A stretch of DNA of 62,889 nt, the filler included, from Trichomonas gallinae (Eukaryota): assembly GCA_008369845.1 (NCBI GenBank). It is 8 parts of 8 records of this genome, joined end to end, with 100 filler letters (N's around TTAATTAATTAA, not from the genome) between each part and the next. Parts side by side here need not be neighbours in the genome. Positions count along the whole stretch, not along the records: positions 30,997 to 57,284 come from MRSU01001502.1; 7 more parts are not named here. One strand, written 5' to 3'. The notes beneath the pieces are model-generated. The model was not told the DNA's origin and ran no database searches. It saw only the letters and a list, made by a program, of their open reading frames with translations. Shown piece by piece: positions 42,018 through 53,138 of the stretch (position 1 is the first letter of the stretch; each line of letters opens with the position of its first letter). Made by a program: the position numbers and the translations under genes.

Positions 42018-43004
42018 ATGGATCCTGAAGAAACAGCTTTTTTCCAACAGAACGGGATCACCTGCCAGGAGATCATTGCCAAGGGTGGGTACGGAGAAGT
42101 GTACCTGGTGTATTCAAGCGTTTATAAGCAAACTTACGCCCTCAAAAAAATCCCGGAGAAGCTGTTTAATCAATCAGAAATCGATTGCTTAAAGGCAATA
42201 GATGATGTTAATATCGTTTCGCTATACCAATACTACAAATTTGGCGAATTTTACTACATGCTTATGGAATATTGCCCAAACGACCTCGACAAGCTAGTTA
42301 GGAAGTCACCAGAGCTTCCACCAGAGTATTTAATGCGCTATGCGCACGACATTCTTATCGCAGTCAAAGCTTGCCATGACAGACACATCGCACACTCCGA
42401 TATTAAGCCATCTAACTTCATGATAGATAGATATGGAAGAGTGAAGATTGGCGATTTCGGTTTATCGTCTATATATAAAGACCATCCGACTAGTAATTTG
42501 TTCAAGGGCACAAGATTGTTCATGGCACCGGAGATTTTCCTGTTCAAAGAATATGATCCGATGGCAGCTGATGTTTGGGCTATCGGCGTAACTATATTTT
42601 ATTTAGCGACTAAGACGTATCCTTTTTATTCGAATGATCCAAGAGTTCTTCTTCAGAAAATCGAAAAAGGAGTATATTGTGATAAAAATATTGATGATCC
42701 CAATCTCAGGATGGTTATAGCCAGGTGCATAGAACATGATCCACATTATCGTGCAAAAATTTCCGAGCTTTTGCAAATGCCGTACTTTGCTCCTTATAAC
42801 CAGCCTCAGCCTGAAAGGATTAGCATCTTCCCAAGAGGTGAAAATATGAAATCTCAGCAACTAATTGTCAAGCCTCAAATCGCGGGCAGACGCGCTTCAA
42901 TAGGCGCCATTAGTATCCTCAAAATGAAGGGCATGATGGGCTCTAGGCTCCAGCTTAACCAGCCACAGAATAAATCTGTTGAAACTTTCAATCTTGGAGA
43001 TTAA
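42018..43004 (+). CDS. Ser/Thr protein kinase, trichomonad CAMK-like family
   Basis: AKGGYG, ALKK, HSDIKPSN, DFG and APE. Close paralogue of the kinases at 40575 and 37672. Confidence 0.93.
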   Translation: MDPEETAFFQQNGITCQEIIAKGGYGEVYLVYSSVYKQTYALKKIPEKLFNQSEIDCLKAIDDVNIVSLYQYYKFGEFYYMLMEYCPNDLDKLVRKSPELPPEYLMRYAHDILIAVKACHDRHIAHSDIKPSNFMIDRYGRVKIGDFGLSSIYKDHPTSNLFKGTRLFMAPEIFLFKEYDPMAADVWAIGVTIFYLATKTYPFYSNDPRVLLQKIEKGVYCDKNIDDPNLRMVIARCIEHDPHYRAKISELLQMPYFAPYNQPQPERISIFPRGENMKSQQLIVKPQIAGRRASIGAISILKMKGMMGSRLQLNQPQNKSVETFNLGD

Positions 43005-43059
43005 TTGTTTTGTAAATTATTCTTTTCTTTATACTATACTATACAAACAAACAAATTTT

Positions 43060-45078
43060 TTAGAGAAGTTCGTTGAGCTCTGCTAGGATGAACAGCTTCT
43101 TTTTCGGCTCATTAAACGAGATTGGGCTTTCAATTAGATTTGCATGCGACGACGATTTCAGCTCCTCGCGTTCTTTCTTCCGCAGCGAAAAGGTAGTTTT
43201 GAGCTCAAGAAAGACATCGCCTGGCGCTCTTCTGTGCTTCCTCTGGTCGTCTTTATATGCTGTGATCGCCTCTTTGAGATCAACAAGTAGAGGAGGGTGT
43301 TCTGCTTCGGATGACCTATGTATCTCGGTGTCGTCGACAATGATGTCATCGGATGTGATCAGTGCAAACGGCGTGCTTTCTTTGGATATAGAAACTCTAA
43401 ACCTTGGGTCGAGCGATGACCATTTCAGGGCATTTTCATGTGCTTCATGCTTCAAAATAGCAGCTCTGTCTCTTGGCTTTCTCTTCCTAAGAGCTGCAGC
43501 CTCAGAAAGCTCAGCCTTCTCCGCATTCTTCAAGAATTTCGCGACTTTAGCAGGCCGCCGCTTCATCTTCTCTCTGAAGAACCTCTCAACGGTCATTTGC
43601 GGCGGCCTAGAGTCAGCTGCAATATCTCTCCACCCGTATAGGAGAATAAGGTGCCATAAAACATTTCGTAGGTGGTGCCGTTCAAGGAATGTTAGTGATC
43701 TGACTGGTTCAGCAAGCGAAATTCTGTTCCTAACAGCGTCAATGATGTTCGATGTTGGCGCTTTTATTTTGAAGTTTTTATCTGCTTCAACATCAGATAT
43801 TCTAAAGACCGAGACACGCCTACGACGCCCTGGACCAGGTTGTGGCGCTGCTTGGAGCTTGAAGGGCGTGAATATCTTATGTGTCTTGATGCCTGCATTA
43901 ATTTTGAACGCTTCGAACAAAAACCTTTTCAAAGTGGTCCTTCTCGATTCGAATGCTGCAAATGCTGCGTAGCAACGAGCTTTGCGGGAGCATTCGATCG
44001 ATTGGCGCCAGATAAAGAAAGCACGCGCCATGGTCGACTCTATGAATTCACCGCGTAAGTGTAGCAGCATCGGCATCAAGAGCGATTTATTGCGCCAGAC
44101 GTTGCTGATTATCAAGCAGTTCTTCACGCTGTAGTACAGTGCACCTTCGCGCCACGCCTTGAAACACTTCGCTAGAATGAACAGTGTTTTCCGCATTGTG
44201 TAGAGAAGAAGAGTTCCACGCCTTATCTGGCCACGGTCCATAATAGAGTACCAATGAGACATTATGCGACGCGTCTTTGCTTTGCTAAAACTGCTCAGGC
44301 GGCCGTTTTCGCTCAACGCACGGACGCAGCGAAGCAATAGATTTTTGTTTAACTTGAATGCAGAGATAGTGACATGGCTGTTGCGCTGCTGAACCATGTA
44401 GTTGTTTAAAGCAGCAAGAGCACGTGATATTAGATGCGTGTGGCTGAAAATTTCAGAGTTTTTCTGCATTTTTAATTGATGCTTTGTGTTTGCATTGAAA
44501 ATGTTCCATTCGAATATGAAGTACTTAGAACATTCGTAATTGTAGAATTTTGGATGATTTTTCTGTATGGTTAATCGTTTGAGAACCTGAAAAGTCCAAA
44601 AAAGAGATCCAAATCGTCTTCGCATTTGGTACGATGCATAAGCCGTCGGCATTTTCCTCATTTGTTTGAGATCCACAGTTGTTTGATGCCAATTAATTAT
44701 TATTGGATGTGCAAAATTATATTTGACCGATAAATTTATCATTTTTACTGGTTCTTTGATAACTCTATTGCGTTTTCGCTGCTGTGATGCTCTCCAGTGC
44801 TTTTGTATTACATTTGCAGCGATATCTTCTTCAGCCTTTTTGATTTGAAGCTTAATGTATTCATCAATCTGATTTTTGTCGGAAAACTCTGTTGATTTAC
44901 GTAGATTCTGTACTCTAGCGCTATTCGGAGTTTTGAGTTTATCGCATTTCGACAGAATTCCGGACCCAGCTGGCGCTGGTGAAAGTCTCTTTAGCGGGAG
45001 ACCTCTGACTCTTGATGTTGACGGAGCTCTGACTGCCGGGACGTTTTCTCTAAACAGTCTCGGAGTCAGACTCCTCAT
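43060..45078 (-). CDS. Basic helical protein with IQ motif and Sfi1-like repeats
   Basis: AANVIQKHWR (IQ-like). Periodic Trp motifs RRIMSHW, KCFKAWR and RAFFIWR resemble centrin-binding repeats. Function is inferred. Confidence 0.6.
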   Translation of the reverse strand: MRSLTPRLFRENVPAVRAPSTSRVRGLPLKRLSPAPAGSGILSKCDKLKTPNSARVQNLRKSTEFSDKNQIDEYIKLQIKKAEEDIAANVIQKHWRASQQRKRNRVIKEPVKMINLSVKYNFAHPIIINWHQTTVDLKQMRKMPTAYASYQMRRRFGSLFWTFQVLKRLTIQKNHPKFYNYECSKYFIFEWNIFNANTKHQLKMQKNSEIFSHTHLISRALAALNNYMVQQRNSHVTISAFKLNKNLLLRCVRALSENGRLSSFSKAKTRRIMSHWYSIMDRGQIRRGTLLLYTMRKTLFILAKCFKAWREGALYYSVKNCLIISNVWRNKSLLMPMLLHLRGEFIESTMARAFFIWRQSIECSRKARCYAAFAAFESRRTTLKRFLFEAFKINAGIKTHKIFTPFKLQAAPQPGPGRRRRVSVFRISDVEADKNFKIKAPTSNIIDAVRNRISLAEPVRSLTFLERHHLRNVLWHLILLYGWRDIAADSRPPQMTVERFFREKMKRRPAKVAKFLKNAEKAELSEAAALRKRKPRDRAAILKHEAHENALKWSSLDPRFRVSISKESTPFALITSDDIIVDDTEIHRSSEAEHPPLLVDLKEAITAYKDDQRKHRRAPGDVFLELKTTFSLRKKEREELKSSSHANLIESPISFNEPKKKLFILAELNELL

Positions 45079-45229
45079 TTTTAAACGCTTCTTTGTTTTT
45101 TGCTATATTGTAGCTTTCGAATAGTTTTATTAAGCGCAAAATTTCCAAAAATTTACCTCGAAAAATCGGAAAAATCAATTTTTTTTTTCAAAAAAATTGA
45201 TCGGCTAAATTCTGATTTTTTCATAATTA

Positions 45230-46006
45230 ATGGATGATTTAACCAAAATGAAGCCCATGTACTATGATATTCTCTCACCGACTGATCAGCAGAATTACGA
45301 TAAGCTCAGAGAAAACCTCTCGAGCCTTGATAACAAGTTTATCAAAAATCAAAGATGCCAAACAATTCAATCGGCTTTCAATTCGATCAGAGAGTACTGC
45401 TGCAGACATGATGATGAAGACTGGAAGCGATATTTGGTTTGCGGAATTTGTTGGCTCGATAATGATATTGCAATTAATATTCGAAACATTCGACTTTTAC
45501 TTAACAAATGCAAGTCATCGATAAATGGGGCTCTTGTGAAAATGGGGTATGGTGCAGACCTCAAAAAAAGTGAAGAATCAATGGCTTTGATCTCCAAAAT
45601 TCCATTTTTAAAGGGTAATTTTATCGAACAAAGAAAATGGACAATACGTAGACGAGTGATTGCATCGCCGGCTCCTCTTTCCCGATTCAATCCTTATGCC
45701 TCACCATACTTAGTAACCCCACAGCCATTCTTCGCTCAGTACCAATTATGCCAATATAATTCCCAAATCGAAAAAGCAAATCTGTTTGCTATTCCGCAAA
45801 ATATTCAACAAAATACCCAGACAAATCCTCAATTACCAGAGCAAATACAATGCCCATGCAAGCAACCAGAAGTAAAAGAACAAGAAGAAAGCCAAGTCCA
45901 ACGAATGATAAAGTTGTTAGACGAGAATTTCGAAATGGATCCAGCATGTTGTATGCCAATAGAATGGAATGTTGAGCTCGACGATCAAATGCTCGAATGG
46001 AGTTAA
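45230..46006 (+). CDS. Initiator-binding-domain (IBD, IBP39-like) transcription factor
   Basis: LSPTDQQNYDKLRENL and DWKRYLVCGICWLDNDIAINIRNIRLLLNKCKSSINGALVKMGY..RKWTIR, characteristic of the trichomonad IBD family. Confidence 0.9.
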   Translation: MDDLTKMKPMYYDILSPTDQQNYDKLRENLSSLDNKFIKNQRCQTIQSAFNSIREYCCRHDDEDWKRYLVCGICWLDNDIAINIRNIRLLLNKCKSSINGALVKMGYGADLKKSEESMALISKIPFLKGNFIEQRKWTIRRRVIASPAPLSRFNPYASPYLVTPQPFFAQYQLCQYNSQIEKANLFAIPQNIQQNTQTNPQLPEQIQCPCKQPEVKEQEESQVQRMIKLLDENFEMDPACCMPIEWNVELDDQMLEWS

Positions 46007-46673
46007 TCCCTTTTATTATAATTTTATTTTTTGTTGTTTTTAATTATAAATATACCTTTTTATCATCATTTGCAATATCCTTTTTCGACCCAATTTTTCT
46101 TTTCTCAAGAAATTTTACTTTCTCGCATATCTTGGAATTAAACCATAAAAACTATATTATTCAATTGCATACATAATAGACATATTAAAAACATATTAGA
46201 TAAAGCAAATTTGTGACTTATTTTTTCAACGTAAACAAGATTAGACGTTTGAAAGGTTTTAATCGGAATTTAATTAACAACATATAAATCAACAGCGAAT
46301 TCCAAAAATTAAAGTTCTGTAGTTATCACAATAAAACATAATTTGCTAAAAAGTCTATTTTCCTTAACTACTTGTGCCAGGGAATTATAATATGAAGTGC
46401 GTAATAACGAAAAAATAATATCTCAATTTCGATCGGAATCTCAATTATTTAATTTTCTGCTTCATTCATTCCAATTTAGATATTCCTTATAAAGTATTGC
46501 TTATTTGACAGAATTGATATCTAAGTTTTGAGAGTTCTCATTCAATTTAAACAAATTTGAAATAAATCAATAAAAATTTTAAAAACTAAATCAAACATTT
46601 AAATTAACTAAAACAATCACTCAAGTCACCAATAGTGACTCAAGATAAAGAACAAAATAAATGAGATTTTTGA

Positions 46674-47747
46674 TCACATCCTCGAAAGTGCCCTTGGAGG
46701 TAACGTGAGGCATGAAGGAAATGGAGAAAATAGCTTAAATACTTCTTCTTCGTATGGATTAATTGTTTGAGCTTCGATTTTGCGAATTTGTGTATTTGGA
46801 GTTAACTGTGGTGCTTTAATAACTTTGAATTTGAGATCTTTCTTTGATTTTGCACGATTGAAGAATCTGTGGTGTAAAATTTGATTCATATCAAACCTTT
46901 TCTGTGGATTAATGTTTAGCATTCCTTTTAAGAGATCAACTAAATCATCTGGAACTGATGAATCATATTGTAAATAGCTTTCCATTGCAGATCTTGCAAT
47001 CTCGTATTCGTTCGCACCGTTAAAAGGAAGCTTTCCAAAACAAGCTTGGTATATAGAAACGCCTAATGACCAAACATCTTCTTTGACGGGGTCAATTATC
47101 GTATCATACGAGTCTTCATCGCTGTAGTCTGAATCTGCAAAGACTTCTGGAGCCTGATATGCCGGCGTTCCAAGAACACACTCAGCGCTCTGGAAAGAAT
47201 GGCCGATACCAAAGTCGCTGAGTTTGGCTGTTCCATCGGAGAAAAGTAAAATATTGGCTGGCTTGATGTCTTTATGCGCAAAACCTTGCTCATGGAGATG
47301 CATAAGGCCAATAACAACTTGCTTGAAGACTGTAGCAATTTGCTCGTGCGTTAGTTTGTCTTCACCTGTGCAATATTTGTCAAGTGATCCACAGTTAGCC
47401 CATTCTAGAACAATATATGCGGATCCATTTTCCTGGCAGTATATAGCTTCATGTATACTTAAGATGTTCTCGTGATGGAACCTTGCGAGGTTACGCACTT
47501 CACGCTCGAAATGTTCGTAAGGTGATTGGAAAGATCTTAGTCCGAGCGACTTAAACTTCTTAACTGCATAATAATTACCTGTTTTGGTATCAAGGCTTAA
47601 GTAAATTTTCGATGAAAATCCATCTCCAATTTGTTTCAAGAGGATGTACTGGGCTACCTGCGTTACTCTTTTCTGCTGGCTTTTGCAGTAAATTACAGGC
47701 TGGAACTTGATTATATTAGGCAACGATTGACTTCTAATTGAACACAT
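46674..47747 (-). CDS. Ser/Thr protein kinase (CAMK group, LKB1/CaMKK-like)
   Basis: IGDGFSS, YAVKK, HKDIKPAN, DFGIG, GTPAYQAPE and DVWSLG. Confidence 0.93.
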   Translation of the reverse strand: MCSIRSQSLPNIIKFQPVIYCKSQQKRVTQVAQYILLKQIGDGFSSKIYLSLDTKTGNYYAVKKFKSLGLRSFQSPYEHFEREVRNLARFHHENILSIHEAIYCQENGSAYIVLEWANCGSLDKYCTGEDKLTHEQIATVFKQVVIGLMHLHEQGFAHKDIKPANILLFSDGTAKLSDFGIGHSFQSAECVLGTPAYQAPEVFADSDYSDEDSYDTIIDPVKEDVWSLGVSIYQACFGKLPFNGANEYEIARSAMESYLQYDSSVPDDLVDLLKGMLNINPQKRFDMNQILHHRFFNRAKSKKDLKFKVIKAPQLTPNTQIRKIEAQTINPYEEEVFKLFSPFPSCLTLPPRALSRM

Positions 47748-48926
47748 ATTATGAGAATGAACACTTTTCTGACAAGTTAAGTAAAGTATTCAATCCAATT
47801 ATGAAGTTTACAAAATCTTCTTTAATTTACGAACATACCAAACCTATCATCGGCGAGTAACATGATATATACCATTCGGAATTGAGACACACAGAATCTT
47901 ACAATCAAAATTTGTGATAAAAATTTTATTATCGATATTTTACTTTAAATTGCCACTGCACTAACCATTATCTCCATACAGAAATTATTTAGTTTTGGGT
48001 AAAACTATGCATTTGTAAACTTCTTTATTAGCGAAAATCGCTGTCAATTTTTAAAATATATTGGTATAATTATAGTATATTAACTAACATCCCAACTTAG
48101 CTTTTAGCTTTTTGAATTCACCAGCTTCTTATTTTTTTTTTTGTGAAGCTTTCAAATTTTATAGGTGTAGTTTTTCATGTTAAATCATGTAATAACAGTT
48201 TTATTGAACCATAGCTCATAAAACTTTGACGATATGTGATATTATTTTAAAATAATAATCTACTATATTTATAATATCATTTTCCCCAGATTATTCGTTG
48301 AATTCTATCGTCAACTTAATTTCTGGGGCTCTCTCAATTTTTGAGTTAGGAATAAACTTTATTCTTATAAATTTCAACTTTCAATTTATAACTTGCATTT
48401 AGCATTATCTACATTAATTTTGTATCGCGAAATTCCAATAAAATAAATTTACATGCGTTTTATATTCCTACAGCCCAGACCGAAGTTATCATATTTATTT
48501 TGCATGCTTACATATAGAGACTAGTTTATTTTAGCGACAATTTTAAATTCTTTCATCACTATTTCTATCTGGCCTCAAAATGAACTCGTGAATGATGTCG
48601 TTTCAATGCAAATATACATTATTAGCTCGTTTTTACATTTATATCTTTGAAAATTTCTCGAATTCCAAATATTTCTCCAACGTTGGTTTATACTTTTTCT
48701 CAATTTATTATTGGAAATAATGCAAAAAATTCTAGGGTTTATATATTTGATGAAAAATATCAATTTTAAATATCGATTATATTAAGATATTCTAGATTTA
48801 CCGTATTGATGCAATTTTAAGATTTCAAATAATCAGCTTAATACGAAATAAAGTAACATTCATCTATATTTTCTTTAAAAAACACTTTTAATGCCAAAAT
48901 AAATTTTTTGCTCACAAAAATCGCTC

Positions 48927-51266
48927 TCACTGCGATCTGAGTGAGATTATTCGAGAAATGATGAGTTTATCATCATTTTTCTTTTCTTTTATGTCTAGGA
49001 CTTCCTTGATTTCGTTGACAAAACTATCATGCGAATTCTTCAATGTCTCATACTCTTTTCTCCAAAAGCCACCTCCTTGTAGCGCATCATTCTCTGCTCG
49101 AAGAGTCTTAATTACAAGCTCAAGCTCTTCGCTGCTGGAGTCGCTCTGTTTCTGCATCAGTTGAGAGACTTTCAACGAAAGCTCAGTATTTGTGTCTTTT
49201 AGCTCTTTACATTCCTCTTTCTGTTGAGTGAAGGCTTTGTCATATGCCTTTATAATAGCATTCGCTTGCTTCTTAACTGATTTCAGTTCTTTACTTTGGG
49301 TTTCGAGCTTATGTTCCATATCATGCAGTTTAGTCTGATATTTTACTTCAAGTTGTTTTACTATAATTTGAGTAATTGAATTTGCCTCTTTAGCAGCTGA
49401 TTCCATTTGGGAAATTAACTCTTTTGCTCTATTGTCACTAGCTTTTTCAATTACTTTCAATCTCTCCTTGAGCTCATTATTCTCTTTCAAAAGTTGTTCA
49501 ATCCTTATACTTATTTGCTCATCTGGTCGAATAATCGGATCGCTTTCGGTAATTTTTTCCTTAATTATGATTTCTGGTACAGTCACGATTTTTTCTTGTA
49601 CAACAACTTCTGCTGGATGATCTTTCAGCTCTCTGAACTTCTCAATAATGAATTGAGGCATATTCTTTATATCACCAGAAAATTCGATTTCTCTGCGGAC
49701 AGATCTGTCGAAAACTTCTAATAGTTTCATGAGTCTTATTACAGCAGCAAGTATTTCGTGAAGTGGTCTTTTAGATTCAGGAATATGCAGCACATTCATT
49801 ATTTTAGAGGTAACGAAATCATAATCACTGAGTCTATCTATAAGTTCACCAGGCAACTGATTGAAATCGCAATTAGCAGCGATAGCTATTTGCTCCAGTT
49901 TTACTTTTAACAAACATTTTGCTTCCTCCGAAGCACGAACACGGTTCCACAGTGATGATGCTCTTTCAACAGCAATTGTGCTTTCAAATAAATCATCGCT
50001 CAACTCAAGACTAATCCCTGATGCTTCTTCTAACTTTTTTCGTTGTTGCTCAACTGCTTCTTCAAGGATCCCATTATTACCCATGAGATGAAACACAGCT
50101 GACATATGATTTCTTAGAAGATCATTCAATCTCTGGTTTTTAATCAATAAATCATCATTAGCTGATTTATTTGAACTTAGTAAAAGTTCAAATTTTGCTT
50201 TTTCAGCTTCGCTAAAAAGATCAGCGCATTTTTGCTCATAAGATTCACATCTTTGTTTTGAAACTTTGAGTTTAGACATTGTAATGGATAACTGTGTTTC
50301 TAGCGCTTTCATTACATCATTTATTTTATAAAATAATTCTAATAATTTAGTACTTTTCTTAGATACTATTGATAGTACATCAGCTTGAATTGCCATTTGA
50401 TCAAAAATTTGAGGAATTGATTCTTTTTCTATATCTTTGTTTTCGGTAATGTGAGTATTATTAATTTGTACCCCAGTATCAGTCAATTTCGTTGAATTTT
50501 GATTGCCTAGTATCATCAGACTAATTCGATCATTTTTTTCGGATATCTTTTGCATCTTTTTAGTTAACTCTTCACATCTGATTCGTAATGTTGCATTTTC
50601 TTCGGTCAACCCTAGAACTTCGTTTTTAAGCTGTTCTAATAGCGTATTTTTATTTTGTAGCCTCATGGTTATTTGTCTGTTTTCATCTACAATTTGTATT
50701 AATTTGTTATTCAACTCAAATTTTTCTTTTTCAGCATTAGCGTATCGATTATCAATCTCCTTTCTAGATTGCACAAGCTTAGAGTGCAACATGGCTTGGT
50801 CTTTTCGATTTTCAATCAGTTCTTTTTTTAGTAAATCATTAATAGTAGTAAGCTTTGATATTTCTTCGATTAAATCTTGTATTTTGCAGTGGTTTTGTTT
50901 GATCAAATCAAGGAAATCATTATTATTTGCTGTATTAACATGATTTTCGGAATATTTGCTTATAAGTAGACCTGAACTGCGTAGTGTTTCATGAATGAGA
51001 GTTGTAATGGCATTTTCAAGAATTTTCAGATCTGTTTTCGTGAAAATTAGGATTTTATCCATTGCAAAAAGGCTATGCAGACAATAATAAAGCTCTAGTA
51101 GTTGGTTATCGTTTCCAACAAATATCCTAAAATCGAAATTAGAATGAATTTTCTTGAATTTTAGTAGAATCTGCGACATTTCAGTCGTACTAGATACAGG
51201 AATCGCACCTCTGGTTGTGGCAGATGATGGATTTAGTATCGATCCGCTGTTTAGCAAGGATGCCAT
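48927..51266 (-). CDS. Long coiled-coil protein
   Basis: 779-aa ATG ORF with extensive E/K/L heptads and a VVVQEKIVTVPEIIIKEK segment. Confidence 0.8.
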   Translation of the reverse strand: MASLLNSGSILNPSSATTRGAIPVSSTTEMSQILLKFKKIHSNFDFRIFVGNDNQLLELYYCLHSLFAMDKILIFTKTDLKILENAITTLIHETLRSSGLLISKYSENHVNTANNNDFLDLIKQNHCKIQDLIEEISKLTTINDLLKKELIENRKDQAMLHSKLVQSRKEIDNRYANAEKEKFELNNKLIQIVDENRQITMRLQNKNTLLEQLKNEVLGLTEENATLRIRCEELTKKMQKISEKNDRISLMILGNQNSTKLTDTGVQINNTHITENKDIEKESIPQIFDQMAIQADVLSIVSKKSTKLLELFYKINDVMKALETQLSITMSKLKVSKQRCESYEQKCADLFSEAEKAKFELLLSSNKSANDDLLIKNQRLNDLLRNHMSAVFHLMGNNGILEEAVEQQRKKLEEASGISLELSDDLFESTIAVERASSLWNRVRASEEAKCLLKVKLEQIAIAANCDFNQLPGELIDRLSDYDFVTSKIMNVLHIPESKRPLHEILAAVIRLMKLLEVFDRSVRREIEFSGDIKNMPQFIIEKFRELKDHPAEVVVQEKIVTVPEIIIKEKITESDPIIRPDEQISIRIEQLLKENNELKERLKVIEKASDNRAKELISQMESAAKEANSITQIIVKQLEVKYQTKLHDMEHKLETQSKELKSVKKQANAIIKAYDKAFTQQKEECKELKDTNTELSLKVSQLMQKQSDSSSEELELVIKTLRAENDALQGGGFWRKEYETLKNSHDSFVNEIKEVLDIKEKKNDDKLIISRIISLRSQ

Positions 51267-51314
51267 AAAAGTAATAACCTTATTTAATCAAACAACAAAC
51301 AATAGCTTTTATTT

Positions 51315-52208
51315 TTAATTGCTTTTTGCAACTATCCTGCTACGCAGATGTGGCTTGATAATACTTCTATAGGCCGCGCTTCCAAATGTTTTTGATCGTA
51401 TCTTCGATACCGGTGAGATATTTTGTCTTTGATTGACCTCGGCTGCTAATTGTTTAATAGAAGCTCTGTCATCTGGGTTTATTTTAAGACATTTCTCTAC
51501 AATGTCTCGGAGTTGAACTGGTAAATTCTTCAATTCATCCTTTCCAAATTTCATTTCAGCAATAATATATTTGATGTGTTCACCATTGTATGGGAGCTTT
51601 CCTGTTCCAAGAAAATAGAGCATTACTCCGAGTGACCAAATATCTGCGACTTTTGGATCATATTCGCAATTCAAAGCAATCTCTGGTGCCATATAATGGA
51701 CTGAACCACATACTCTGTTGATTTCATATTGACCAGATTTAGTTAAAATTGTTAATCCAAAATCGCAAAGTTTTGCTCTTCCAAATTCATCAATCAGGAC
51801 ATTAGATGGTTTAAGGTCACAATGAGCAAAACCTAAACTATGAATATATTCAAGTGCCTCGATAATTTCTTTGGTATATTTCATTATTTGATTGATTGGA
51901 AGTTTCTTATTCTCTTTTAATAGAGAATATAAGCTTCCTCCTGGACAGTATTCTAAAATCAAGAACAAATAACTTTCATACGTGAAGGCATCATAGACTC
52001 GAACAATATTTTGATGATCAAATGTCGTCAATGCATTTAATTCTCTTTTGAATTCGCCAGTTGTATCATTTGAAACTTTGCAAACAAATTTCATGTCATA
52101 TTTTTTGCTCTTGACAATGAAACATGTGCCAAATCCACCTTTGTTCAAATATTTCATGATTTCATATCCATGTTCTTCAATAGCTTTCTCAACAGTTTCA
52201 GGAAACAT
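51315..52208 (-). CDS. Ser/Thr protein kinase, CAMK-like family
   Basis: NKGGFG, FVCK, HCDLKPSN, DFG, CGSVHYMAPE and DIWSLG. The ATG is at 52208. Confidence 0.93.
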   Translation of the reverse strand: MFPETVEKAIEEHGYEIMKYLNKGGFGTCFIVKSKKYDMKFVCKVSNDTTGEFKRELNALTTFDHQNIVRVYDAFTYESYLFLILEYCPGGSLYSLLKENKKLPINQIMKYTKEIIEALEYIHSLGFAHCDLKPSNVLIDEFGRAKLCDFGLTILTKSGQYEINRVCGSVHYMAPEIALNCEYDPKVADIWSLGVMLYFLGTGKLPYNGEHIKYIIAEMKFGKDELKNLPVQLRDIVEKCLKINPDDRASIKQLAAEVNQRQNISPVSKIRSKTFGSAAYRSIIKPHLRSRIVAKSN

Positions 52209-53138
52209 CAAAAATTATGATTCTAAAATTTTGACAGAATATTCAATTTCTTCAATCAAGAAATATGGTAATTATCTTTCCGTATCAAATATTAACTCAT
52301 GACCATAAATTTTATCAAAATTGGCTAAAAACTCCTTACACTTAAAATCTTATATATATATATATCATGATGTTTCCGAATGCTGTAGTTAAAGAACTCT
52401 GACCAAACGCATCACAAAACTCTGATTTTTTTTCATAACGTGTTTTGAAATGATTCCTCGCATATTAATCATCACATAACATTTCCGAGCTTAATTGTTA
52501 CCGTGTTTCTAATTTCAATTTGTATCTCAATTCGAATTTTTGATAGCGGTAAAAGCCTGAAATTGAGAACAAAAACGAAAATTCTTTTTTAGCAATCAAT
52601 TATTTATTGTTATGGAAAGATCTTTTTAATTTAATCAAATCATAATATTTGATTTGATATTTTGCTATATTCAATTTCAATCATTAATCTGAATCTCTCA
52701 TCTTAACAAAGCCTAATTCATGATAATTTTTCATAATTAGATGAAAATGTTTCGAAAAAAATTATCATTGAATTCAATTATTTTCATATTTCCTGATATA
52801 GTTTATCATTAATATTTGAAATATAATAAAATCTTCGAAATTTAGTTCTCGTTTTTGAGAAAGTTTGATACTATGTTATAATAGTGTATTACAAGCAAGA
52901 ATTTCAATTAAAACCTGATGTTTCCGGTTTCAATTTACGAATTTCTTTTATTTTGCGTAAGAATTTGAGGATACATTAATTGAACACAGGAATTCATAAT
53001 TTCAGGGTTTCATATCGTCATTTCGATCAATTATATTATTCTAAAATTAGATTCGTTTAATCATATATTATTCATAATTTACTATTTTACTCTTCAATCT
53101 AATACCAAATAACATTCAAATCTAGCCATTATTCCATA

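Noticed and set aside
43073..43972. 299-aa plus-strand ORF
   Set aside because: It is an antisense shadow of the 672-aa gene in a GC-richer region, with a non-ATG start and no recognisable motifs. The other short overlapping ORFs were rejected for the same reason.
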